Sequence record: DRR723986_20646
Length of the DNA stretch: 33,118 nt
Strand: one strand, 5' to 3'
Position 1 is the stretch's first letter, and each line of letters opens with the position of its first letter. The position numbers and the translations under genes were made by a program. The notes beneath the pieces were generated by a model, which made no database searches, was not told the origin of the DNA, and was given only the letters and a program-made list of their open reading frames with translations. Shown here in pieces: positions 25,901 to 33,118 of this stretch.

Positions 25901-26832
25901 CCGACTTTAGGCTGTCAGGCGAATCGAATGTTACCGCTTTTGAAAAGTTGACGAAATCAAACAACTTAATTGGCGAGAAAATAACAGATGTCATTATCAA
26001 CAAAAAAATTGGAGAAGAAATTGTTGAGAATGTGAATAAGGCGCTTTTAGAAAATGAGCTGATTTCTCATAACATGACACTCTATCTAGACGAGTCTGAT
26101 AAAAACACCAAAATTCATTACGAGAACCGTTATTCAAAAATGAATGATGATGAAGTGGTAATCATATCGAGAAACATCACTGATACGATTGAATATGAAG
26201 AAAAATTGATAGAATCTGTTAAGGAAAAAGAAATTCTATTGAAAGAGGTGCACCATAGAGTGAAGAACAACTTGCAGGTGATTAACAGTATTCTTAATTT
26301 ACAATCTTCTTATGTAAAAGATGATGAAACATTACAGATAATTATTGAGAGTCAGAACCGAATTAGGTCTATGTCTTATATTCACGAAAGCCTTTATCAG
26401 ACAAAGGATTTTTCATCTATCAATTTTAATGATTATATCAGCAATTTGGTTCAAAACCTGGTGCATTCGTACGATATTCATTCAGATAAAACTAAACTCA
26501 CCTTAAAAATCGATAAAGTTGAATTAGCACTTGATCAGGCCATTCCTTGCGGATTAATATTGAATGAATTAATTACAAACTCCCTGAAATATGCTTATCC
26601 TGAAGATAAAAAAGGAGAAATAAAAATTACGGTTCAAGAAAGCAAAGGAAAGGTGAGTATTTCGGTTCAAGATTTTGGAGTTGGCTTGCCAGAGAATTTC
26701 AGTATTCAAGATTCTGACTCTTTAGGATTAAGTTTGGTAGACACACTAATTGACCAATTAGACGGAGAGTTAATTCTGAAAACAGAAAGCGGAACAGAAT
26801 TTTTAATTATCTTTGAAAAGCAAGAAATCTAA
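22924..26832 (+). CDS. Membrane multi-PAS sensor histidine kinase (HisKA_2 type)
   Basis: Several N-terminal TM helices, about 6-7 PAS/PAC units, EVHHRVKNNLQ H-box, NELITNSLKYA, DFGVG and SLGL; TAATG overlap with the upstream gene. Confidence 0.93.
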   Translation: MPQTGPIIKRKKPLELFEIYRIVSLVLVPVLVLFLVFEKQFGLTFSFYQKAVLIYCVFTLTLLQIICLNSLFRKHFHYAHYLFQAGVIVLVYIWFFDNPGLVEASSLLLASLILSVTLINPLASLVFGIGSVLSFLLIGAVFNVFYLELTLILFSGHLIVTVVNYWRFSIFNDLKTARKSFKSIFDTASQKTFVLDENFHVLELNEGAEKYLYKNQIESFENTPFESLMGFETEACANNFFNSIEECDSVGQSKFIANCTLLTDGAAIPKEFNLKKTKFFNQDVYVVTVRVIAEQKKFENELLTHKENVSQILNNIESFVFNISFDKTERFKHKVNYVSQKVWDVYGYSVDEYIALVKSERISKDRHPDDIDKINQRFESVVAKGGGDDQWRFRMKVRGEYRWIEEKINIQLVEDSSFISVFGIVKDVTEEVLAQRALQESEQKYKQLFESNLAGVYKTHFDGRILDCNLAFAQMLGYDTADELIGTQVEDLYINKEERKAYIELLRHKKGLNNYISTLKRKDGRRLILNNNVSIIKENSDTFNVSVGTVVDVTSLHETSLALKYSEEKYRMLFEDSGNAILLMMMNGEESMIVDINTRGTDLFGYQENDIIGKTIASLSSEKDKLSQDLTSVFNELEDKGRAEREWVFKRNDDIEFHAEVAFVFVNLDNEKLLQLAIKDISERKQYEKEILESRLSFKNIVDQAPASIFIFTNEMLTYLNPRGEKLYLEVMKSKGKKMYNIFPEHTHFLIKDMIVEANNNIPSYTEIALADEKRYSINVVKTVYNQKPAHIFILNDISLQSEYNIQKLRAELAEETNASLQEEIVKHKQTQQSLLDSTARLRALFESTSNLYILSIDKNATIGSYNSKLKKGLKELLHYDVKEGDNFIDIFPQEDYAKKVLLNRFNRALNGETLEMVAHFPSKAGREVWMQCFMNPIEVEGEAVREISFIAHDITEQIENKRKIVESEENNRAIVLAVPDVLFRVNKKGIITDFRLSGESNVTAFEKLTKSNNLIGEKITDVIINKKIGEEIVENVNKALLENELISHNMTLYLDESDKNTKIHYENRYSKMNDDEVVIISRNITDTIEYEEKLIESVKEKEILLKEVHHRVKNNLQVINSILNLQSSYVKDDETLQIIIESQNRIRSMSYIHESLYQTKDFSSINFNDYISNLVQNLVHSYDIHSDKTKLTLKIDKVELALDQAIPCGLILNELITNSLKYAYPEDKKGEIKITVQESKGKVSISVQDFGVGLPENFSIQDSDSLGLSLVDTLIDQLDGELILKTESGTEFLIIFEKQEI

Positions 26833-26834
26833 AT

Positions 26835-27587
26835 ATGCCTAAGACCAATGTATTAGTTGTTGAGGACGAGAGTATCGTTTCTAAAGACATTCAACACAGC
26901 TTGAAAAAGTTAGGTTATAATGTTGTTGGTGCAGCTTCTACAGGTGAAAGAGCGTTTGAGCTTGCCTCTTCAGAAAAACCAGACATCATTCTAATGGATA
27001 TCATGTTAAAAGGTGATATCAATGGAATAGAGACGGCGTCAAGAGTAAAAGAAGAATTGCAAATTCCTGTAATTTATTTAACGGCTTATGCTGATGAATC
27101 AACTCTTGAAAAAGCCAAGGTAACTGAGCCTTACGGCTACATTATCAAGCCTTTTAAAGAGGTAGACCTGCATACATCAATCGAAATGGCTTTATACAAA
27201 TTTTCTAAGGAGAAAGAGGTATTAAAAGCTAGAGATTTATTCTACTCAATAATTGAAAATAAAGATTCGAAAGGATTTATTTTCGTGAAGTCTAAGAGTA
27301 GATTGGTAAAAATAAAAACAACAGATATTTATTTTGTTGAAGCCTTGAAAGATTACGTTGTAATTAACACGTTAGATAGTCGATATACAATTCATTCAAC
27401 AATGAAAGATATCGTGACTAAATTAGATCAAGACAACTTCATTCGTGTACACAGATCGTTTATTGTAAGACTAGATAAGATTTCTTCAATTGAGTACCCG
27501 AACTTGCACCTAGAAAATGATAAGAAAGTCATTCCAATTGGTGGATCATTCAAAGACGACTTGATTAAAAAACTAAACCTACTTTAG
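26835..27587 (+). CDS. Response regulator, REC plus LytTR
   Basis: VVEDE, ILMDI (phosphoacceptor Asp), YLTA, IKPF; LytTR signature FIRVHRSFIV. Confidence 0.95.
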   Translation: MPKTNVLVVEDESIVSKDIQHSLKKLGYNVVGAASTGERAFELASSEKPDIILMDIMLKGDINGIETASRVKEELQIPVIYLTAYADESTLEKAKVTEPYGYIIKPFKEVDLHTSIEMALYKFSKEKEVLKARDLFYSIIENKDSKGFIFVKSKSRLVKIKTTDIYFVEALKDYVVINTLDSRYTIHSTMKDIVTKLDQDNFIRVHRSFIVRLDKISSIEYPNLHLENDKKVIPIGGSFKDDLIKKLNLL

Positions 27588-28292
27588 GTTATACTCTTTT
27601 TTGAGATCGTAAACATCACGAATTAATTCATTTACTTCTTCCGGATTTGTTCCGTCATACATTCCTCTAATTCTTCCGTCAGGATCAATTAAGGCAAAAT
27701 TTTCTGTGTGAACAAAGTCAGATTCCCCTCCGTGATCAAAGTTAGGATCTGCCTCATCCGGAACAACTAAGTACGATTTTCGCGCCATTAAATACAAGTC
27801 TTTTTTTGTGCCTGTTAAAAACCACCATTTTTCAGGATTCGCGTCAAAACGCTCGGCATATTTTAACATGACTTCAACGCTATCAATTGATGGGTTCACT
27901 GTGTGGCTTAAAATTAAAAAGTTGGGGTCATCAGCAAACTCTTGTTGCACTCTGGTTAATTGATGTGTCATTTTAGGGCAAATACCTCCGCATGTTGTGA
28001 AGAAAAAGTCGGTCACAAAAATAGAGCCTTTTACATCTTGTTTGGTAATGGTATCACCTAATTGGTTTAGGAAAGCAAAGTCAGCAATTACATGGTCTTT
28101 GTTGACGTTTTGAATGCTCGGGTCAACTAATAAAGGGTTAATATCTGAGGGGTTATAAACCTTTAAGGTGTTGTTTTTACTTCTGTTTATATCAGACTCT
28201 GGGTCGTCTGCAAAATGTTTGATATTCAATAATCCCGCAATGGTAATTCCTATTACGACAATAATTAAAAAAGCTACGATTCTATATTTCAT
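27579..28292 (-). CDS. SCO1/SenC family copper chaperone
   Basis: N-terminal anchor, FFFTTCGGICP (CxxxC), and conserved His in FVHTENF. Confidence 0.93.
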   Translation of the reverse strand: MKYRIVAFLIIVVIGITIAGLLNIKHFADDPESDINRSKNNTLKVYNPSDINPLLVDPSIQNVNKDHVIADFAFLNQLGDTITKQDVKGSIFVTDFFFTTCGGICPKMTHQLTRVQQEFADDPNFLILSHTVNPSIDSVEVMLKYAERFDANPEKWWFLTGTKKDLYLMARKSYLVVPDEADPNFDHGGESDFVHTENFALIDPDGRIRGMYDGTNPEEVNELIRDVYDLKKEYNLK

Positions 28293-30439
28293 TATACTCT
28301 AATTCCACTTATACAAACATCATCTACTTGCTCAATTCCTCCTTTCCATTGTTGGAAAGTTTGGTCTAAAATTACTTTTTGTTCTTCGACAGATTTATCC
28401 GAGATATTAATTAATAAATTCTTGAGTGTTTTGTACTTGAATTTTTTGTTCTTTTCTCCACCAAATTGATCCGCGTATCCATCAGTGAATAGATAGACCA
28501 TATCCCCTGGGCTCAGTTCAAATGAGCTATTGACAAACGGTGTATCAATTGCATATTTGCCAATGGGCCTCTTTGTAGCTTTGGTTTCTATTAGTTCTTT
28601 ATCGTCAGCTTTTATAACCCAAAGCGGGTTGTTTGCTCCTGCGTAGTCCAACAAAATGTTTCCATTTTTAAGTGAAGTTATTTTTACTAAAGAGATGTCC
28701 ATACCGTCTTTAAGTTCACTATCACTTTTTTCGAATGTTTTAACCACAATTTTCGTAATTTCTTCGAGTATTTCTGAGGGCTTATAAATGCCAAGCTCAT
28801 TCACTGCTTTATTCAATGCGTTTGCACAAATTACGCTTACCATGGCGCCTGGAACACCATGTCCGGTGCAGTCTGCCACAGCAAAAAGAGTAGACTTTTG
28901 TTGATTTTCAACAATATCTTCTATCCAATAAAAATCCCCGGCAACAATATCTTTAGGGAGATAATAAACAAAGCTTTTACTGAAGTTGTTTTTAATGGTT
29001 TGGTCAGTAGGTAAAATTGCTTCCTGAATCCGTTTGGCATATGTGATGCTATCAATGATTTCAGAGTTTTTAGTTTGTAACAGTTGATTGGTTTTTTCAA
29101 TCAATAAGGCCGCTTTTTTACGTTGTTGACTTCCCCTAAAAAGCAAGAAGATGATGACAATCAAAGCAATCACAATACTCAAAGACAAGCCCGTCCAAAA
29201 GCGTTGTTCTTTGACTTCCATGGCAATTTCAGCCGATTCTTGTTCGTGTTTGAGCGCTAAATTTAAAGAATCTTGAATTTGTTTAGATTCCATTTCATTT
29301 TGAATACCTAATAACTTTATTTCTTCATCTTTATTCAAGCTTTGTAAACTGTCTCGCAATGCGATATGCTGCTTATAATAGTTGAACGCCAGATTACTTG
29401 CGCCTAATCCATCATACCCTTTTGAAACTAATATAAGTGCATCTCTCTCCACATCTTTTGCACCGGCCATTCTGCTTAATTCTAAGGCTTTTAATCCAGA
29501 ATCTACCAGAGCTGTGTAGTTCTTTTGAAGCTCATAAACAAACAACATGTAAACCATGGTCTGGCATTGTCCATAGATGTCATCAGTGCTTTTCCAGTAA
29601 TCTAAACTCGCTCGAAAACGCCTTAGCGCTAAAGGATAGTTTTCTAAATCTTCATAGCAAAGTATACCAAGGTTTTCATTTGCAATCGCAACCCCCTTAT
29701 TATTTCCTAAAGAATCGCACATATCAATTGATCGTTCAAAATAACTCACTGCTTTAGAACTATAACCTTGGTATTGATTTAACAAACCATAATTATTATA
29801 AAGTCTTGCAATTTTTTCTAAATCATTTTGTTTTTGATAAATGGATAGGGCATTGTCATAGTTCTCTTTTGCTTTTTCAAACTCAAATTTCACATGGTAT
29901 ACCACCGCAATTTTTGAATAGCATTCTGCCAACAAAGTCTCGTCTTTATTGAGTTCTGCTAGGGTTTTTGCTTTAAAATAAACCTCTAAAGCCTCAGCAT
30001 GTCTACCTCTTTCTCTGGCTAGCCATCCGGCATCTAACAATACAGAAGCTTTGAGCTGATAGTCTTCAACTTTATTGGCCAAGGTTAAGGTTTTTTGAAA
30101 AAGACTATCTGCTTGAACTAATAATCCTTGATTGTAAAGGCAGTTGGCCCATAGCTGTTTGTTTTCAACAAGTTGATCAAGAGAGGATTTTGAAATCGAG
30201 TTTAGGCTGTCCTCTTTTCGTAAATAGATGAGCGCCTTGTTCCATTCATCTTGCTGATAATAACTTTGTGCAATAACACGAAAAAGTGTTTTTTGCTTTT
30301 CAAGTTGAGGTGAGTTTTCAAGTTGACTAAATGCTATATTTCTTGCTGAATCAGGATATGCCTGCGTCAATTCAAGTAAATCTTTTTGCCCAAAAGCGCA
30401 AAAATTAAAGAATAGCAAGATGAAAACAGAAATTCGCAT
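28292..30439 (-). CDS. Periplasmic-TPR, single-TM, SpoIIE/PP2C-type sensor phosphatase (paralog of 5341-7473)
   Basis: Signal peptide, TPRs, TM, PKDIVAGDFYW, ADCTGHGVPGA, DGMD, TDGYADQFGG and DDVC. Confidence 0.9.
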   Translation of the reverse strand: MRISVFILLFFNFCAFGQKDLLELTQAYPDSARNIAFSQLENSPQLEKQKTLFRVIAQSYYQQDEWNKALIYLRKEDSLNSISKSSLDQLVENKQLWANCLYNQGLLVQADSLFQKTLTLANKVEDYQLKASVLLDAGWLARERGRHAEALEVYFKAKTLAELNKDETLLAECYSKIAVVYHVKFEFEKAKENYDNALSIYQKQNDLEKIARLYNNYGLLNQYQGYSSKAVSYFERSIDMCDSLGNNKGVAIANENLGILCYEDLENYPLALRRFRASLDYWKSTDDIYGQCQTMVYMLFVYELQKNYTALVDSGLKALELSRMAGAKDVERDALILVSKGYDGLGASNLAFNYYKQHIALRDSLQSLNKDEEIKLLGIQNEMESKQIQDSLNLALKHEQESAEIAMEVKEQRFWTGLSLSIVIALIVIIFLLFRGSQQRKKAALLIEKTNQLLQTKNSEIIDSITYAKRIQEAILPTDQTIKNNFSKSFVYYLPKDIVAGDFYWIEDIVENQQKSTLFAVADCTGHGVPGAMVSVICANALNKAVNELGIYKPSEILEEITKIVVKTFEKSDSELKDGMDISLVKITSLKNGNILLDYAGANNPLWVIKADDKELIETKATKRPIGKYAIDTPFVNSSFELSPGDMVYLFTDGYADQFGGEKNKKFKYKTLKNLLINISDKSVEEQKVILDQTFQQWKGGIEQVDDVCISGIRV

Positions 30440-30468
30440 TAGGCTGTGAAAATACGAATTTCCAAGGA

Positions 30469-32229
30469 CTACTTTTCAGTAATACTTACCCCAATGCTTA
30501 ATTCAGCAAGCTGCTCTTCGTTAAGTGTTGAAGGTGAATCAATCATCACATCTCTACCCGAATTGTTTTTAGGGAAAGCGATATAATCTCTAATTGATTC
30601 TGAACCACCCATAGTCGCCACTAATCGGTCAAACCCGAAAGCGATACCACCGTGAGGAGGAGCACCGAATTCAAAAGCATTCATTAAGAAGCCAAACTGT
30701 TTTTTAGCTTCTTCATCAGAGAACCCTAACAATTCAAACATTCTAGCTTGTAAATCTTTATCATGGATTCTGATAGAGCCTCCACCCAATTCAACACCAT
30801 TCATGGCTAAATCGTATGCGTTCGCTCTTACTTTTCCTGGATCTGTATTGATTAAATCAAAATCTTCAGCTTTTGGAGAAGTGAACGGATGGTGCATAGC
30901 ATGATATCTCTCTGTTTCTTCATCCCACTCTAAAAGAGGAAAATCTACTACCCATAACGGAGCGAAAACGTTCGGATTTCTTAATCCTAATTCATTTCCC
31001 ATGTGCAAACGAAGTTCGTTCATTTGACTTCTCACTTTATCTGTTTCACCAGACATCACTAATAATAAATCTCCTTTTTCGGCTCCAGCAGCTTTTGCCC
31101 ATTCAGCTAAGGCATCCTGATCAAAAAACTTATCTACAGATGATTTAAAAGTACCGTCTTCATTGCATTTGCAATAAATCATTCCCATTGCACCAATTTG
31201 TGGACGTTTTACCCAGTCAATCAATTTATCCAATTGCTTTCTGGTGTATCCAGCACAATCTTTAGCATTGATGGCAAGTACTAATTCTGCATTATCAAAA
31301 ACACCAAAACCTTTGCCTTTTGCTGCATCATTTAGGTTAACAAACTCCATATCAAAACGGATATCTGGTTTGTCAGATCCATAACGCTCCATAGCCTCAG
31401 CATAAGTCATTCTTGGAAAATCGTTCTCAAACTCAACATTTCTGCAAGTTTTGAAAAGATGCTTTACCAATCCTTCAAACGTATTTAAGATATCTTCTTG
31501 CTCAACAAAGGCCATTTCGCAGTCAATTTGAGTAAACTCAGGCTGACGGTCTGCTCTTAAATCCTCATCTCTAAAACATTTTACAATTTGATAGTATCTG
31601 TCATATCCAGAAACCATTAATAATTGCTTGAAGGTTTGAGGAGATTGTGGCAAGGCATAAAACTCTCCCGGATTCATTCTAGAAGGAACCACGAAATCTC
31701 TCGCACCTTCAGGAGTAGATTTAATTAAATAAGGCGTTTCCACCTCCATAAAATCAATCGAATCAAAATATTTATGTGTTTCAACAGAAACTTTATGTCT
31801 TAGTCTTAACTTATCTTGAACAGGCTTTCTTCTTAAGTCCAAGTAACGGTATTTCATTCTCAACTCTTCTCCACCATCCGTGTCATCTTCAATGGTAAAC
31901 GGAGGCGTAATGGATTTGTTTAAAACATTAACTTCAGTAGCTACGATTTCAACATTTCCGGTAGGGATGTCAGGATTTTTAGAGTGTCTTTCAACCACTT
32001 CTCCTTTAATTTGAACAACAAATTCTCTACCTAAACCTTTCAATGCATTCAACACGTCATCAGAAACTCGACCTGATTCACCAACAATTTGAGTGATGCC
32101 GTAACGGTCTCTTACATCCACCCAAATGATGTTTCCTTTATCTCTAATAGTTTGCGCCCACCCAGCAATGGTTACTGTTTGGCCAATATGTGAATCTCTT
32201 AATTCACCGCAAGTATGTGATCTGTACAT
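30469..32229 (-). CDS. aspS: Aspartate--tRNA ligase
   Basis: [10 protein letters not shown] start, [33 protein letters not shown] and GAPPHGG. Start moved to 32229 (586 aa) because the track TTG lies in the promoter. Confidence 0.98.
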   Translation of the reverse strand: MYRSHTCGELRDSHIGQTVTIAGWAQTIRDKGNIIWVDVRDRYGITQIVGESGRVSDDVLNALKGLGREFVVQIKGEVVERHSKNPDIPTGNVEIVATEVNVLNKSITPPFTIEDDTDGGEELRMKYRYLDLRRKPVQDKLRLRHKVSVETHKYFDSIDFMEVETPYLIKSTPEGARDFVVPSRMNPGEFYALPQSPQTFKQLLMVSGYDRYYQIVKCFRDEDLRADRQPEFTQIDCEMAFVEQEDILNTFEGLVKHLFKTCRNVEFENDFPRMTYAEAMERYGSDKPDIRFDMEFVNLNDAAKGKGFGVFDNAELVLAINAKDCAGYTRKQLDKLIDWVKRPQIGAMGMIYCKCNEDGTFKSSVDKFFDQDALAEWAKAAGAEKGDLLLVMSGETDKVRSQMNELRLHMGNELGLRNPNVFAPLWVVDFPLLEWDEETERYHAMHHPFTSPKAEDFDLINTDPGKVRANAYDLAMNGVELGGGSIRIHDKDLQARMFELLGFSDEEAKKQFGFLMNAFEFGAPPHGGIAFGFDRLVATMGGSESIRDYIAFPKNNSGRDVMIDSPSTLNEEQLAELSIGVSITEK

Positions 32230-32250
32230 GTGCTTGAAAAGTTTGAATTG

Positions 32251-32258
32251 CAAAGATA
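32251..32258 (-). promoter_or_regulatory. -7 element (TATCTTTG) for aspS
   Basis: Exact TAnnTTTG 21 nt before the ATG at 32229. Confidence 0.7.
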
Positions 32259-32349
32259 AAAGGATTGAACGAACAAATGATACTTCAGAGACAAGGATGA
32301 ATAATAAAATATTTAGGAGTATTCTTTCTGTTTTTTAGTTTGTATTAAA

Positions 32350-32357
32350 TATGTTTG
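32350..32357 (+). promoter_or_regulatory. -7 element (TATGTTTG) for the Reg_prop sensor gene
   Basis: Exact TAnnTTTG 14 nt before the ATG at 32372. Confidence 0.55.
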
Positions 32358-32371
32358 TTTCTCTGAAACCT

Positions 32372-33118
32372 ATGATTTTATGTAGATCAATAAGTCTATT
32401 GCTCGTTTTCCAATGCATGGTCATTTGGGGTCAAGACTTGGTCTATGATCAGTTTACAGTAGAAGATGGACTGCCCAGTTCTCAGGTTTACGAATGTTTT
32501 GAAGATGATCAGGGTTATTTATGGTTGTTAACAGATAAAGGTATAGCGCGATATAATGGTTATGCCTTTCAAACTTATAGTAAAAAGGACGGTTTAACTG
32601 ACAACGTGTTTTACGAATATTACATTGGTCAAGACAGTACCATATGGCTATTGGGTGCTAATAACACCGTTACAGGAATAAGAACGAACCCACTTCAATT
32701 TATAAATTACAAGTACAATCAAAAACTCCAGGAGCAATCAAAAAACATTCCGAGTCAATTTCTAATAGATGAAAATCAAAACCTTTATGTCAGTTATTTA
32801 GCAAATTTTGGCTATGTAAAAATAGATGCTTCAGGGAAAGTGGAGAATAAGTTAAATTGGTTTGGAGCGGCTGAAAAAAGAGATCAAATTTCTGCTGAAA
32901 TAAGACAAGTTGATAGCGCTTTCAGTTATTTAGTTATGACCAATAAAAATAACACAAAAGCGCTCGCTCTTTCTAACTATGTGTTAGTGTTCAAGCAACC
33001 AACAGCAACTTCTGTAATAGGAATTTCAGAAAAAAAACAAATAAAAATAATAACTGACAATGAAATAATTGATATTTCAACTAAAATGAGACCAATTGGT
33101 CTTGGTTGTTTTTCGGAT
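32372..33118 (+). CDS. Two-component regulator propeller (Reg_prop) sensor protein; partial, runs off the right end
   Basis: Not in the ORF track. MILCRSISLLLVFQCMVIWG/QDLVYDQFTVEDGLPSSQVYECFEDDQGYLWLLTDKGIARYNG...DGLTDN; open for 249 codons to the edge. Confidence 0.88.
   Translation, partial: MILCRSISLLLVFQCMVIWGQDLVYDQFTVEDGLPSSQVYECFEDDQGYLWLLTDKGIARYNGYAFQTYSKKDGLTDNVFYEYYIGQDSTIWLLGANNTVTGIRTNPLQFINYKYNQKLQEQSKNIPSQFLIDENQNLYVSYLANFGYVKIDASGKVENKLNWFGAAEKRDQISAEIRQVDSAFSYLVMTNKNNTKALALSNYVLVFKQPTATSVIGISEKKQIKIITDNEIIDISTKMRPIGLGCFSD

Noticed and set aside
1-33118. Prophage, IS, integron, CRISPR, parS or anti-phage defence genes
   Set aside because: No integrase, transposase, nuclease, repeat-spacer array or TGTT(T/C)CACGTG(A/G)AACA palindrome was seen by eye.

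Overview
AT-rich Bacteroidota core-chromosome segment (likely Flavobacteriales), judged from TAnnTTTG promoters, T9SS C-terminal signals and gene content. It holds 22 CDS; the two that run off the window ends are absent from the ORF track. They include gltX-folB, tRNA-Cys(GCA), lemA-htpX-GT4, two T9SS cargo proteins, a CotH kinase, a CapA-family phosphoesterase, an ECF sigma/anti-sigma pair, TlpA, rpiB, a MORN-repeat/PAS kinase/LytTR operon, SCO, two TPR-SpoIIE phosphatases and aspS. I saw no mobile element, CRISPR array or defence island. Main signals: (1) a probable chromosomal origin at ~20907-21430, with TTATCAACA-type boxes and a B. subtilis-like box-box-GCCC-trio unwinding module that appears to lie inside the next CDS; (2) an ECF sigma whose anti-sigma-like partner ends in a type B T9SS signal, with ECF-like promoters before the sigma gene and both T9SS cargo genes; (3) a degenerate 5'-half copy of tRNA-Cys with a hairpin insertion in the tRNA leader. 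All family calls are by-eye motif recognition, not database searches.
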